A DNA stretch of 64,000 nt from Spirochaetia bacterium (GCA_965208575.1 CBDBOV010000003.1:64001-128000), one strand, 5' to 3'; positions 32,301 to 42,093 are shown, counted from the first letter of the stretch. The notes: generated from the letters alone by a model not told the origin. Translations and numbers: made by a program.

Positions 32301-32678
32301 ATGGAACTGGATCGCACCACCATCATTCTGCTGTGCATCGGCTTCATCATCGTGTGGGTGGTGTTCAAGAAGTTCACCCACAAGCCGCAGCAGCCGCAGG
32401 ACCCGCACCAGCGGCGCTACGCGGCGTCGACGCCGGGCGACGCCAGCTTCGACCTGGACAAGTGGTTCGGCCGCGCCCAGGACGTGATCGGCGTCATGGA
32501 CGACACCCGGCGCTCGGAGCTGGAAACGCAGTGGCGGGAGATGGACGAGGAGCGCCAGCTCATCCTCGCCGACGAGTTCCTGCGCCGCAACGGCGCCGAG
32601 GCCGACACCGCCAAGCTGAGCGACGACGAACGGCGCCGGGTCGGCTGGGCCTACTACGTCAGCCGCCTGGAAGCGTAG
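32301..32678 (+). CDS. Hypothetical single-TM protein
   Basis: N-terminal TM IILLCIGFIIVWVVF; RBS GGAG; follows the sulfatase. Confidence 0.7.
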   Translation: MELDRTTIILLCIGFIIVWVVFKKFTHKPQQPQDPHQRRYAASTPGDASFDLDKWFGRAQDVIGVMDDTRRSELETQWREMDEERQLILADEFLRRNGAEADTAKLSDDERRRVGWAYYVSRLEA

Positions 32679-32846
32679 GTCTCCATCACGGTACGGCGGT
32701 CGCCTTCGGGACACCGCCGGCCGCCTCGTGCCGCCAGCCGCATCCGGGCAGCCGCGGCGCCGGCCACGGCTCCGCGATCAAGGCGTGCGCACACGGTTGG
32801 CAGGGATTCCGGTTGGCACCCACCGCCGCGAGTGCGTGCCCGCTGG

Positions 32847-33713
32847 TCAGACAGAGGCCAGGAAGGCGCCGCCGGCCTTCAGGCCGGCCTTCTCGCCCGC
32901 CTCGCTGCCGTTGAAGTGCTTGTCCTCCAGCTCGATGGAGACGCCACCGCCGTAACCGGCTGCCTGCAGCGCCTGCAGCGCCGCCGTCCAGCGCATCTCG
33001 CCGTGACCGGGAATGGTGTAGCGCCAGTGGTTTTCGCCGAACCGCTCGCGCTCGGCCAGCGGCGGCTGACGGATGCCGTACTGGTACTGCGACTCGGCTG
33101 AGATCTCCGTGTCCTTGCCATGCGCGTGGCGAACGTGGCCGGCGAACTCCTGCGCGAAGCGCACCGGGTCGATGCCGGTGGCGATCAGGTGCGACGGATC
33201 GTAGTTGATGCCGACCGCCGCCGACTCGCAGCCGTCCAGCACTGCCCGGTACGACTCGGGAGTGGAAGCGACCGCGCCGGGGCCGGGCCAGCCCTCGATG
33301 GCCAGGCAGGACCCCGTGTCCTCGAACACCGGCACCAGCTCGCGCATCGAGGCGATGAACCGTTCGACATTCTCGGCCCGCGGCAGGGAGGGATCCTCGG
33401 GAATGCCGCAGATGTTGAAGATGCGCACGCCGCCGGCGGTGGCCGCGCGGATGTAGCGGATCGCTTCCCGAACGCCGGCGCGGCGCGTGTCGGGGTCGGC
33501 GGAGGTAAACGGCTCGCGCCCGATCAGGTCCGCTGAGCCGATTGCGAAGCCGGCCTCGGTCACCAGACTGGCAGTTTCGTCGGCGTCCTCGTCCAGGTCG
33601 ATGAAGGCGAAGCCGTGGTCGGTGGCCCAGCGCGCCACCGCCAGCAGGTCATCCTTCCAGGTGAGCTGCTTTACGTAGAATCCAATGGGAAAGTTCCCGG
33701 TTCGGGTATGCAT
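32847..33713 (-). CDS. Sugar phosphate isomerase/epimerase (xylose isomerase-like TIM barrel)
   Basis: LAIEG, NYDPSH, HAHGKD, PGHG, SIELED. Confidence 0.85.
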   Translation of the reverse strand: MHTRTGNFPIGFYVKQLTWKDDLLAVARWATDHGFAFIDLDEDADETASLVTEAGFAIGSADLIGREPFTSADPDTRRAGVREAIRYIRAATAGGVRIFNICGIPEDPSLPRAENVERFIASMRELVPVFEDTGSCLAIEGWPGPGAVASTPESYRAVLDGCESAAVGINYDPSHLIATGIDPVRFAQEFAGHVRHAHGKDTEISAESQYQYGIRQPPLAERERFGENHWRYTIPGHGEMRWTAALQALQAAGYGGGVSIELEDKHFNGSEAGEKAGLKAGGAFLASV

Positions 33714-33779
33714 GGCCGATCTGATCGCACGCCGCCCGCCGCCGTGTCAATCTCCCGCCGCGCGGCTGTCATCCGGCCG

Positions 33780-33808
33780 TTGACGCTGGGAGATGGGGGA
33801 GGTACAGT
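33780..33808 (+). promoter_or_regulatory. Sigma70-like promoter, probably leaderless transcript
   Basis: TTGACG-17 bp-TACAGT, 6 nt upstream of ATG 33815. Confidence 0.6.
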
Positions 33809-33814
33809 CGGGCG

Positions 33815-34846
33815 ATGGAGTACGCAGACCTCCCGGGCAGGGACGCCCGGGGCAACTGGAAACCGGTAGCGCGCATCGAGTTGCCCGCGTTCCCACGCTG
33901 GCCGTTCCGGCTCGTCCCCTTCCTCCGGTGGCTGTTCGGGTTTCCCGGCTTCTTGTGGCCCTACAAGGCGGTGATCTTCGGCCTGACCGCGGTGACCTGG
34001 TTCTTCCTGACGCCGCCCCTGGAGACGATGGCGACGCTGCGGCCGGACTGGATCGCGCTGATTCTGCTACGGAATGTCGCCCTGATTGCCGTGTGGTACA
34101 GCATCTTTCACGTGCGCCTGCACGTCCAGCGTGCCCAGGGACTGCGCTACAAGTTCAACAACCGTTGGCTCGCGGAGAAGAGCCGGGCCTTCTTCCTCGG
34201 CGGCCAGACGGCCGACAACGTGTTCTACAGCATCGTCAGCGGCGGCGGGATCTGGTCGGCGTACGAGGTGGTCACCCTGTGGGCGTACGCCAACGGCCTG
34301 CTTCCCTTCATGGCGTTCCGTACCAGCCCGGTTGCATTCGTGCTGCTGTTCCTGGCGATCCCGTTCTTCCGCGCCGCCCATTTCTACGTAGTGCACCGGC
34401 TGATGCACTGGAAGCCGTTGTACAAGGCCGCCCACTACGTCCACCACCGCAACGTCAACGTGGGCCCGTGGTCGGGCATCTCGATGCACCCCATCGAGAG
34501 TCTGATCTACTTCAGCTACATGTTCGTGCACCTGATCGTGCCGTCGCATCCGCTGCATGCAATCTTCCACCTGCAGTACGCCGGCCTGACGCCGGCGCTG
34601 GGACACACCGGCTTTTCGAAGGTGGAGCTCGGTCACGAGAAGGCCGCGCTGGCCCACGGCAGCTATTTTCACTACCTGCACCACCGCTACTTCGAGTGCA
34701 ACTACGCGTCCGACGAGGACATGTTCCTGGACAAGCTGTTCGGCAGCATGCACGACGGCACCGCCGAGGCGCACGCCAAGATGCGCGCGCGGGCGCAGAC
34801 GCGCATACGCGCGCGGAAGGCGGCGGCCGAGTCGCCCCTTGGCTGA
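33815..34846 (+). CDS. Sterol desaturase / fatty acid hydroxylase family protein
   Basis: His boxes HRLMH, HYVHH, HYLHH; SMHPIE. Confidence 0.9.
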   Translation: MEYADLPGRDARGNWKPVARIELPAFPRWPFRLVPFLRWLFGFPGFLWPYKAVIFGLTAVTWFFLTPPLETMATLRPDWIALILLRNVALIAVWYSIFHVRLHVQRAQGLRYKFNNRWLAEKSRAFFLGGQTADNVFYSIVSGGGIWSAYEVVTLWAYANGLLPFMAFRTSPVAFVLLFLAIPFFRAAHFYVVHRLMHWKPLYKAAHYVHHRNVNVGPWSGISMHPIESLIYFSYMFVHLIVPSHPLHAIFHLQYAGLTPALGHTGFSKVELGHEKAALAHGSYFHYLHHRYFECNYASDEDMFLDKLFGSMHDGTAEAHAKMRARAQTRIRARKAAAESPLG

Positions 34847-34862
34847 CCGGGCTGACCTGCTG

Positions 34863-35310
34863 AGGAGGCCTTCTCGACGTTCCACAGGTGCGCGGCGGTG
34901 CCGTGGCCACCCCAGTCCTGCTCGGTGAACTCGTAGCCACTGGGGTCGGCTCCACCCCGCCAGCCGCTCCACACCGCCGCGCACGACGAGGTGTACACCA
35001 CCCGCTTCACGCTGCCTGCCTTGCGGCACGACTCCAGCACGCCCCTGGTGCCGTCCATGATGGCGTCGTAGGTGCGTTGCGCGCTGCCTTCTCCGTAGGC
35101 GGCATCGGTGTGCAGGTCGGCGGCGACGTGAAACACGGCCGAGCAGCCGGCACACACCTCGTCGTAGGCGCCGCCGGTGGCCTGCAGCAGGTCGGCCGCG
35201 AAGATCTCGACGCTGCCCGCGCCGAGGTGGTTCATGGCCAGCAGGAAGTCGGTCTTGTCCCGGCGGCTGGCGTCGCGCACGCTGGCGCGTACCGCGTAGC
35301 CCGCCTCGAC
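34863..35310 (-). pseudogene. Internal fragment of the NAD-dependent epimerase
   Basis: Near-identical to about 55907-56354; lacks both ends. Confidence 0.9.
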
Positions 35311-35328
35311 TGCGCCTGCGCACGGCCG

Positions 35329-36417
35329 TCACCCCGACAGGACGCGCCGCACCTCGTCCGCATCCACCGCCAGCGCCGCGGCGATCGCCCCGGCATCCTG
35401 CCCCAGGCCATGCAGGCGCCGAATCGCCTGCGTGAGCAGCAGGCGCCGCTCCTGCTCCGCCTGCTGCCCTGCCCGCTCCGCTCGCTGCGCCCGCTGCCGC
35501 TCCTGCTGCTGCGCCTGCTCCGCTCGCTGCTGCCCCTGTTCCGCTCGCTGCTGCGCCTGCTCCGCTCGCTGCTGCGCCTGTTCCGCTCGCTGCTGCCCCT
35601 GTTCCGCCTGCTCCGCACGACGCTCGTGATGCTCCACCTGCCGCGCCAACAGCATCGAGTCCCGCAGCAGCAGGTCCTCACCCTCCATCGTGCGCCGCAC
35701 CTCTTCTTCCGCCATCGCCTCCCGCAACTGCCGCAGTACGAAGGCGCACTCCACCGGGTACTCCCCTTCCTCGATCGTCAGCACGTGCGCGTCACCCCGA
35801 CCGTTGCCCTTCACCAGGCCCTGGTCGAAGATCGCCAGCAGCCGCTCCAGCTCGTCCCGCCGCCGGCTCGCCAGCCGCGGGATCTGGATGATGTGGCTGC
35901 GGTGATGGATGCCTTCCACCAGCGGATGGCTCGCCGCAAGCTCCCGCCCCGTGCGCCGCTCGGTCACCCGCGGGCACACGTCGATCACCGCCTCGTCCGA
36001 CAGGTCATCCAGGGCGTAGCCCAGGAAGTAGATCGTCACGATCGGCACCGCCTCGGTGCGGCCCGAAGGGTGGGTGAGGATGTTGTCCCCGCTGCCGATC
36101 TGCTGGCCCAGGTAGCGCCGGAAGCGCTCGATTACCGTGGGCGCGTTGGCCTTCTGGATCTCGATCAGCACTTGCCGCTCGGCGCCGGCGGCGGTGCGCA
36201 CGCGGGCTGCGAAGTCCATGCGCAGCAGCGTCAGCGGCAGGCCGTGGACGGAGGCGTCCGGGGTGCGGGGCACGGCGGTCTCCTGTGGGCTGACGGTGAG
36301 CGACTGCACCGCCAGGCCGGTGATCCTGCCGATCAGCAGGCGGGCGACCCGCTGGTCCTGCATCAGGTACTTGAACACCACGTCGTAGATCGGGTTGGCG
36401 ACGTCCACGCTCCGCAT
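35329..36417 (-). CDS. Rpn / PD-(D/E)XK nuclease family protein with coiled-coil tail
   Basis: NPIYDVVFKYL, RMDF...LIEIQK; C-terminal RAEQAQQ heptads and short HTH-like end. Confidence 0.75.
   Translation of the reverse strand: MRSVDVANPIYDVVFKYLMQDQRVARLLIGRITGLAVQSLTVSPQETAVPRTPDASVHGLPLTLLRMDFAARVRTAAGAERQVLIEIQKANAPTVIERFRRYLGQQIGSGDNILTHPSGRTEAVPIVTIYFLGYALDDLSDEAVIDVCPRVTERRTGRELAASHPLVEGIHHRSHIIQIPRLASRRRDELERLLAIFDQGLVKGNGRGDAHVLTIEEGEYPVECAFVLRQLREAMAEEEVRRTMEGEDLLLRDSMLLARQVEHHERRAEQAEQGQQRAEQAQQRAEQAQQRAEQGQQRAEQAQQQERQRAQRAERAGQQAEQERRLLLTQAIRRLHGLGQDAGAIAAALAVDADEVRRVLSG
35446..35617 (-). repeat. 21-bp coding tandem repeat (RAEQ[A/G]QQ)
   Basis: Repeated CTGYTCCGCTCGCTGCTGCSC units. 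Confidence 0.85.
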
Positions 36418-36552
36418 TGAACCTGCGCTCCGCGCGGTCAGTCAATCGACTTGCCGGTGTTGCGATTGATCGGTGCGGCGGCGCTGTCGTTCACTGACAG
36501 GCGTGCTCCCTGGTCCATCGCCGGGGGCGGGCGGCGCGGGACGCCGGCACAC

Positions 36553-36806
36553 GAGATGGCGCCGCGGCTGGCGATGATGTATCATGTGAGCCAGCCGTGG
36601 TTGAACGGATATAACGGCGAAGCGGTCTTGGGGAATTGGGAATTAACGAGCTATTTGCCCGCCTATGGATTGACCAGGAGCTGAAGGCAGAAATGGGATG
36701 CGATAGACGCGATGGCGGTTGAACTGGAAGCTCTGGGTTTCATCGTGGACCGTGAAGCTCCAGCCAGCCAGCCGGATCGATCCAACTCCAGGTATCGATC
36801 CTCGTA
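36553..36806. pseudogene. Mosaic of fragments: permease C, SBP 3' end, permease B, AAA ATPase
   Basis: EMAPRLA (matches 54413-54435), MYHVSQPWLNGYNGE (cf. 60366 onward), DAIDAMAVELEALGFIVDREA (cf. 60674 onward), minus-strand YEDRYLELDRSGWLA (cf. about 49200-49242). Confidence 0.8.
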
Positions 36807-36836
36807 CCCGGTCGAGAGTCGGTTGACCGAGCAAGG

Positions 36837-37019
36837 CTGAATGTTGAGGATCCCGGTCACATTGAATTGGAGCCGAGGTATCACGCCCTCGGCGTGTCGA
36901 GCGGGGGACGCCGACTCCACGTGACGTTTACGCTGCGGGAGCAGGACACGATGATTCGAGTCATATCCGCCCGCGACATGAGTCGCAGGGAGCGTATGCA
37001 CTATGAGCGAGAGACGTAA
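36837..37019 (+). pseudogene. BrnT toxin, 5'-truncated
   Basis: EDPGHIELEPRYHALGVSSGGRRLHVTFTLREQDTMIRVISARDMSRRER; N-terminus replaced by unrelated fragments. Confidence 0.8.
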
Positions 37020-37275
37020 GCCCGTTCCCGACCTCCGGGATGAAGCGGAAGCGCGGGCCTTCTGGGAGCGTCATGACTCCAGCGAGTACGTGGATTGGAA
37101 TGCTGCCGTACGGGCACGCTTCCCGAATCTGAAACCTTTGAACCGGTCGATTTCTCTGAGGTTGCCGCTGGATTTGCTTGAGCGCATCAAGATCGCCGCC
37201 AACAAGCGCGACGTGCCGTATCAATCGCTGATCAAGGTGTGGCTGGCCGAGAAGGTGAGCGCGGCGGAAGAGTAG
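37003..37275 (+). CDS. BrnA-family antitoxin (CopG/RHH)
   Basis: EAEARAFWERHDS.EYVDW, ISLRLP, IKIAANKRDVPYQSLIK. Confidence 0.88.
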   Translation: MSERRKPVPDLRDEAEARAFWERHDSSEYVDWNAAVRARFPNLKPLNRSISLRLPLDLLERIKIAANKRDVPYQSLIKVWLAEKVSAAEE

Positions 37276-37314
37276 CGGCTCACCCACAAGCACGGTATCC
37301 ACACGTTGGTGCGC

Positions 37315-37385
37315 CGCCGAAGTCAAGCGGCGCCTCTGGCGTGGGCGCCACCGGAGATGGCCGGCTCGACTTGGCCCTCTGATCA
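37315..37385. repeat. ~66-bp dispersed element, copy 1 (diverged)
   Basis: CGCCRAAGTCMAGCGGCG...GGAGAYGG...TCTGATCA; other copies at 47605 and 56467. Confidence 0.7.
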
Positions 37386-37790
37386 TCGTGGGTGTACAGC
37401 ATCAACATGTTCGGCGACGCCCTGCGCGACCTGCTCGACCCCCGCCTGCGCGGCAGCATCTGACCGCCGCTGTCGGCGGCGACGTGAACCACCGCCGAGC
37501 AGCCGGCACACACCTCGTCGTGGGCGCCGCCGGTGGCCTGCAGCAGGTCGGCCGCGAAGATCTCGACGCTGCCCGCGCCGAGGTCATTCATGGCCAGCAG
37601 GTACGCGGTCTTGTCCCGGCGGCTTGGCGTCGCGCCCGCTGGCGCGCACCGCGCAGCCCGCCTCGACCAGGTTCTTGACGACGTGCGATCCGATATTGCC
37701 GGAGGCGCCGGTTACGGCGACCGGCCCGTCGGTAGGTCCCGTGACAGGTGGCATGGGTGGATGGTGTGCCTTGGGTGAGCGCCGAAGTCA
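37381..37790. pseudogene. Permease C 3' end fused to an eroded epimerase 5' fragment
   Basis: YSINMFGDALRDLLDPRLRGSI* then minus-strand epimerase N-terminus; same junction as 62325-62668. Confidence 0.85.
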
Positions 37791-37925
37791 TGCGGCCTCT
37801 CTGGCAACAACCCACGAAACCCGCCGGAAACGGCGGAATTCGCATGGCCGGGATCGACGGCAGACCGCTTGCAGGAGCGCACGACGGGCGGCCAACTCCG
37901 CACGCGCCACCGCGTGGAGGCGGCG

Positions 37926-40523
37926 CTACCGCGACGGCTCAGGCGGCGGAGCTGGTCCGTAACCGTGGCACATGCGGTGGTGCGCCAGGCACGCAAGAGC
38001 CAGGTTCTCCGGCTCCGGGCCGCCCCCCTCGGCAACCGGCAGCAGGTGGTGGATCTGTAGCAGGTGGGAGGAATTGCAGCGGCGACCGGTGAGCGGATCT
38101 CGATAGCGGCAGCGCCCCCCGTCACGCAGCCAGACGTGACGCCGGACCGCCGCCGGAATGGGGCGCCGCCGCGGCGGCCGGCGCGGGCCAGGCGGAGCAT
38201 CGCTGGTGCACCGCGGCGACGCTCCCCCCGGCGTGCCGCCCGCACCACGCGCACACCGCACGCCGCTGTCCAACTGCGGCGCCGCAGCCGTGACCGGGCG
38301 GATCGGCGTGGCATCAGCGCCGTCGCTGGAGCCGTCGCCGGCCAACTGCGGCGCCGCAGCCGTGACCGGGCGGACCGGCATGGCATGAGCGCCGTCGGCG
38401 GGGCGGCCGCTGGCCAACTTCAGCGCCGCAGTCGTGGCCGACCGGATCGGCGTCGCACCAGCGTCGTCGGCGGGGTCGCCGCCGACCAACTTCGGCGCCG
38501 CAGTCGTAGCTCGCCGGATTGGCGTCGCATCAGCGCCCTCGGCGGGGCCGCCGCCGACCAACTTCGGCGCCGCACCAGCGCTGTCGGCGGGGCCGCCGCC
38601 AGCGCTCCGACCCTCCGGCGCCGCAGCAACGGCGGGCGGGGCCGAAGCAGCAGCACCTGCGCGGGCGCCAACTGACGTTGCACCGCCCGCCGGGGCGGCG
38701 GGCGCTACGCCGCGCACCCCGGCAGCGTTGCGGGACGGCGCGGCCCGCGGCTGCTCCCCGCCGGCCGCGGCCGCCGCCACGACCGAGGGTGCGCCGGTCC
38801 GCTCCCGCCGCGACGATGCTGCCGTGCCGCCCGTACGCCCCCGCCTGCCACCGCCGCGGCGCGGGTCGTGCCGCGCCACCGCCTCGCGCACCAGGCGCGC
38901 CACCAGGTCGCCCCACGACATGCGCGGGTCGACGTGCGACCACAGGTCCTTCAGGTGGCGCAGTCCCTGCTCGCACTCCTGGTCGATGCTCACCTTCAAC
39001 GTGTAGCGGTCCGGCGCCACCGCGCGCAGCGTGTCGCGTGGCGGCGCCACCTGCGGCGCGGCACTGGCCAGCAGGCCGGCGACCTGGCGCGTGGTCATGC
39101 CGGCGGCCTGCTCGATCAGCTCGCGCTGGCGCCGCGGGTGCAGCAGCGCTGCGGCCGATACCGGCCCGGCGGACCGCGGCTCCGGGTTGGAACACGGTTC
39201 CGGGTTCCGGTCACCTCGCGACGGCGCCGGTGCGAGCGCAGCGGTGAGCCGCGGCTCCGATGGGGCCACGACCGGCAACGGTACCGGTTCGGCGCAACTC
39301 GCCGGCGTTGGAGGTGGCGCAGCCGGGCCTTGGTCCGAAGCGGCCGCGGCGGCACCGGGAGGGCGCAACGGTGCCGGACAGTGCCCGGCGGCTCCGCTCG
39401 GTTCCCGCCGCGCCGGCAGCGCATCGGCATGCCGGGCGCCGCGGTGCCGCGCAGCCGCGAGGCTCGCCGCCGGCACCACCGGCGTGGCCGCCGCCTCGTT
39501 ACCCGTGAGCCCGGGCCGCGGTACACGCCCCGGCGCCGCAGGCGGTGGCGCGTGCAGCGTGGCGGCCGTCGAAGCCCGTGCAGCGCCCGAGGTGGCCGCA
39601 CTCGAGTCCAATCGGCCCACCGGCTGCGCACCCGCCGCTGCCGGGCGGGCACCGACTGCCGCCGCGTCGTCCGAAGATCGCCTGCAACGGTCGCTCACGG
39701 TATGCCGGTCTTCGCGGTCCCCGGCGGCACGGGACGACTGCGCCCCCAGGCCGTCCGCCGATGGCCTGCAGCGGTCGTTCACGATGTGCCGGTCTTCGCG
39801 GTCCCCGGCGGCACGGGACGACTGCGCCCCCAGGCCGTCCGCCGATGGCCTGCAGCGGTCGTTCACGGTGTGCCGGTCCTCGTGGCTTCCGGCGTCATCG
39901 AGCGACCTCACCTCAAGCTCGTCCGCCGATGGCCCGCAACGGTCGCTCACGGTATGCCGGGCCCCGCGGCCTCCGGCGTCACCGGGCGACCGCGCCTCCT
40001 GGTCGACGGCGGCCACGCCGGGCGGCGCCGATGCCGTCACCGCCGCGGCACCGGCCATCCCCGCTCCCGACGCTTCGGCATCCTGGTCTCCCGCTCCGCT
40101 CGGCACCGCAGGCAGCCCATGCAGATCTTCGCAGCGCTCCTCATCGACGCTCGCGCTCGCTCTCCGGCACTGGCGCTCGGCGGCGCCAAACGCGGTCTCC
40201 AACTGCGCCGCCGACGTCACACTCAACTCGCCGCTGTGCAGCATCGCCCGCACCCAGCCATGCCGCCGGCACAACCTCATGGTCTGAATACGCCGTTGCG
40301 CGGCCGCATCGGTGAACCGCAACTCCCGCACCGCGTAGTCGAACAGGCTCGAGAACCCGCGCCGCAGCGCCAGCCCGCGACGGTCGATCTCGTCGAGATG
40401 GTCCAGGATGTGCACTTCGAGGCCGCGCTGGTTGGCCGCCAGGCGCCTGGTCTGCTCGAGGAGCTGCTGATCACCGAGTGAGCTGAAGGGTCGTCTGGCG
40501 GTCCCGCCGGTCATGTTTGGCAT
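37926..40523 (-). CDS. HNH endonuclease with DUF222-like N-terminal domain and repeat-rich linkers
   Basis: N-terminal HLDEIDRRGL...GFSSLFDY..RELRF....AQRRI; C-terminal IPAAVRRHVWLRDGGRC...C...QIHH...GG...NL...C.AHH. Confidence 0.85.
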   Translation of the reverse strand: MPNMTGGTARRPFSSLGDQQLLEQTRRLAANQRGLEVHILDHLDEIDRRGLALRRGFSSLFDYAVRELRFTDAAAQRRIQTMRLCRRHGWVRAMLHSGELSVTSAAQLETAFGAAERQCRRASASVDEERCEDLHGLPAVPSGAGDQDAEASGAGMAGAAAVTASAPPGVAAVDQEARSPGDAGGRGARHTVSDRCGPSADELEVRSLDDAGSHEDRHTVNDRCRPSADGLGAQSSRAAGDREDRHIVNDRCRPSADGLGAQSSRAAGDREDRHTVSDRCRRSSDDAAAVGARPAAAGAQPVGRLDSSAATSGAARASTAATLHAPPPAAPGRVPRPGLTGNEAAATPVVPAASLAAARHRGARHADALPARREPSGAAGHCPAPLRPPGAAAAASDQGPAAPPPTPASCAEPVPLPVVAPSEPRLTAALAPAPSRGDRNPEPCSNPEPRSAGPVSAAALLHPRRQRELIEQAAGMTTRQVAGLLASAAPQVAPPRDTLRAVAPDRYTLKVSIDQECEQGLRHLKDLWSHVDPRMSWGDLVARLVREAVARHDPRRGGGRRGRTGGTAASSRRERTGAPSVVAAAAAGGEQPRAAPSRNAAGVRGVAPAAPAGGATSVGARAGAAASAPPAVAAAPEGRSAGGGPADSAGAAPKLVGGGPAEGADATPIRRATTAAPKLVGGDPADDAGATPIRSATTAALKLASGRPADGAHAMPVRPVTAAAPQLAGDGSSDGADATPIRPVTAAAPQLDSGVRCARGAGGTPGGASPRCTSDAPPGPRRPPRRRPIPAAVRRHVWLRDGGRCRYRDPLTGRRCNSSHLLQIHHLLPVAEGGGPEPENLALACLAHHRMCHGYGPAPPPEPSR
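38268..38600 (-). repeat. 72-bp coding tandem repeat (4 full units plus partial)
   Basis: CCAACT recurs at 38270, 38342, 38414, 38486, 38558. Confidence 0.85.
39680..39990 (-). repeat. 84-bp coding tandem repeat (about 3.5 units, 28 aa)
   Basis: H[TI]V[NS]DRC[RG]PSAD...EDR units; CCGGCGGCACGGGACGACTG at 39721 and 39805. Confidence 0.85.
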
Positions 40524-40929
40524 GTCTTAAATATAACACTGGTATGTAGATAGCACTTTCTTACAGGTCCTCGAACCGGTACCGGCAGCGCCCGTCGGGC
40601 GCGAATTGGCGGCTCCAGGGGCACGCGGTCGGCCACTTGACGGTCGCACACCATTGCCGGGCTTCACGGCCCGCCAGCGGCGTTTAGCGGCAGCGCAAAA
40701 GTGCGTCAACCCCTGCGCCCGATTTTCTGCAGTTATTTTGGTGCAGGTCGACAGGAACCCACCCCGCGCCGCAACAGATGGTCCGACCCGCCCGGTACGC
40801 GGGCCCTCACGACACCGGCGCCCGCGGCAGCCCGCTCGGTCCTCCATCTGCTGCCGACCTGCGCCGGACGCTCGCTCTGCTCAGTTGCCGTACGCGCGTA
40901 TCGTCCTTGCTCCCCGCTGCTGATCGGGG

Positions 40930-41145
40930 TCAAACTTCGGGAGGCTCTCCGGGCTCTCCCTCGGCTGACGTTCGCTCGGGTGGACGTTCATTCGGTTCCG
41001 GGAGTTCCGACTCGATGGCGGCGACGAGTCGCATGCAGATCCGGTGGCTGCGTCCATATCCTGCAAGTACTCGGCGGCCATCGTCATCAGCCTGCGGCCG
41101 CGCTCCCCGTTGTTCATGGCAACCGCTACGTCGCTACAGAGCGAC
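40930..41145 (-). pseudogene. Possible MNT-HEPN remnant (MNT stop plus internally deleted downstream gene)
   Basis: TCGCTACAGAGCGA at 41131-41144 equals the MNT 3' end at 54550-54563; followed by MNNGERGRRLMTMAAEYLQDMD, similar to HEPN first helices. Confidence 0.4.
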
Positions 41146-41360
41146 GTTCGGCGTGGCGGTCGATACCGTTCGGCGCTGGAAGTCGGTCCTGGTTACGAGC
41201 TTCGTTGTCACTCTGCCCTCGGTGAGCGTTGGCGGGTGGTCATGTTCGCCGGCAACCGCCGCCGCCGCCGGGAGGAGTTCCACGCACTCCCGTTGCGCGA
41301 CAACTGCTTAGGATCGAGCGGTCTCAGGGTCTCAGGGTCTCAGGACCGGCTCTCGTGTCA

Positions 41361-41647
41361 TTGACGGAGTTGACGGGTGGCCGCGCGCGTGCAACACTGC
41401 CGATGGCAGGATACGAGCACATGTGCGTAACGGCTAAGGAATCCCTCCAGCGCGGCTGCCGCTTGAAGATCGTGCAACCGGTGCGTTCTACCCCCGTTCT
41501 ACCCCCCCCCAAAAAAAGGTCGACAACACCTAACTCTCCATTCATCCGACAAATAACTAACCGTTCCGGGCAATCGGGCCGCTTTCGCCGCACCTCCGTG
41601 TACGCCCGCCCGGCGCCTTCGCCAGCACTCCGTCAAATACCATTCCC
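41361..41647 (+). promoter_or_regulatory. Module promoter and 5' half of conserved leader (copy A)
   Basis: TTGACG-17 bp-AACACT; homologous to 58123-58412. Confidence 0.65.
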
Positions 41648-41655
41648 CGGGCCAA

Positions 41656-42024
41656 TTCGTTCCGTTCGAAGAGTGGCCCGAAGAGGTCAAGAACGTCTTT
41701 AACTACGATCCGGAAGGCGCGGAGGCGCTGCTGGATGAAGCCGGATATCCTCGCGGCTCGGATGACATTCGATTCAAGACCACGTTGAAATGGATAGAAT
41801 CTTTTGATGTAGGCTATGCGGAATTGGCCATTGGATTCTGGCGCGAAATTGGTGTTGACGTACAGCTTGAGCTGATGCCCGGTGCCGAATTCACTCCTGT
41901 CACGGGTGATAGGGATTACGAAATGGTCACCAGCATAACGGCAAACCTCAGCCCGGGATATATCCACTATTCCGACGCGTTCAATTGGAACACAGCCAAC
42001 CGGGCGGCGGTCTTGGGGCGCTAG
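41656..42024 (+). pseudogene. Family 5 solute-binding protein, internal fragment
   Basis: FVPFEEWPEEVK..FNYDPEGAEALLDEAGYPRG...WREIGVDV; no N-terminus. Confidence 0.85.
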
Positions 42025-42042
42025 GCGATAGTTCAATACTAG

Positions 42043-42093
42043 CAGCCCGTTCCGGCTGCTCCAAGGTCCTCCTTGGGCGGTTGGGACGGGCTG
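42043..42093 (+). terminator. Intercistronic hairpin after SBP
   Basis: CAGCCCGTTCC...GGGACGGGCTG stem followed by TCTTGTT. Confidence 0.55.

Noticed and set aside
35446-35617. 21-bp repeats as CRISPR or iterons
   Set aside because: They are contiguous coding heptads forming a coiled-coil tail
40535-40560. LexA/SOS box upstream of the HNH gene
   Set aside because: CTGGTATGTAGATAGC does not complete the CTG-N10-CAG palindrome, and the LexA motif of this lineage is unknown
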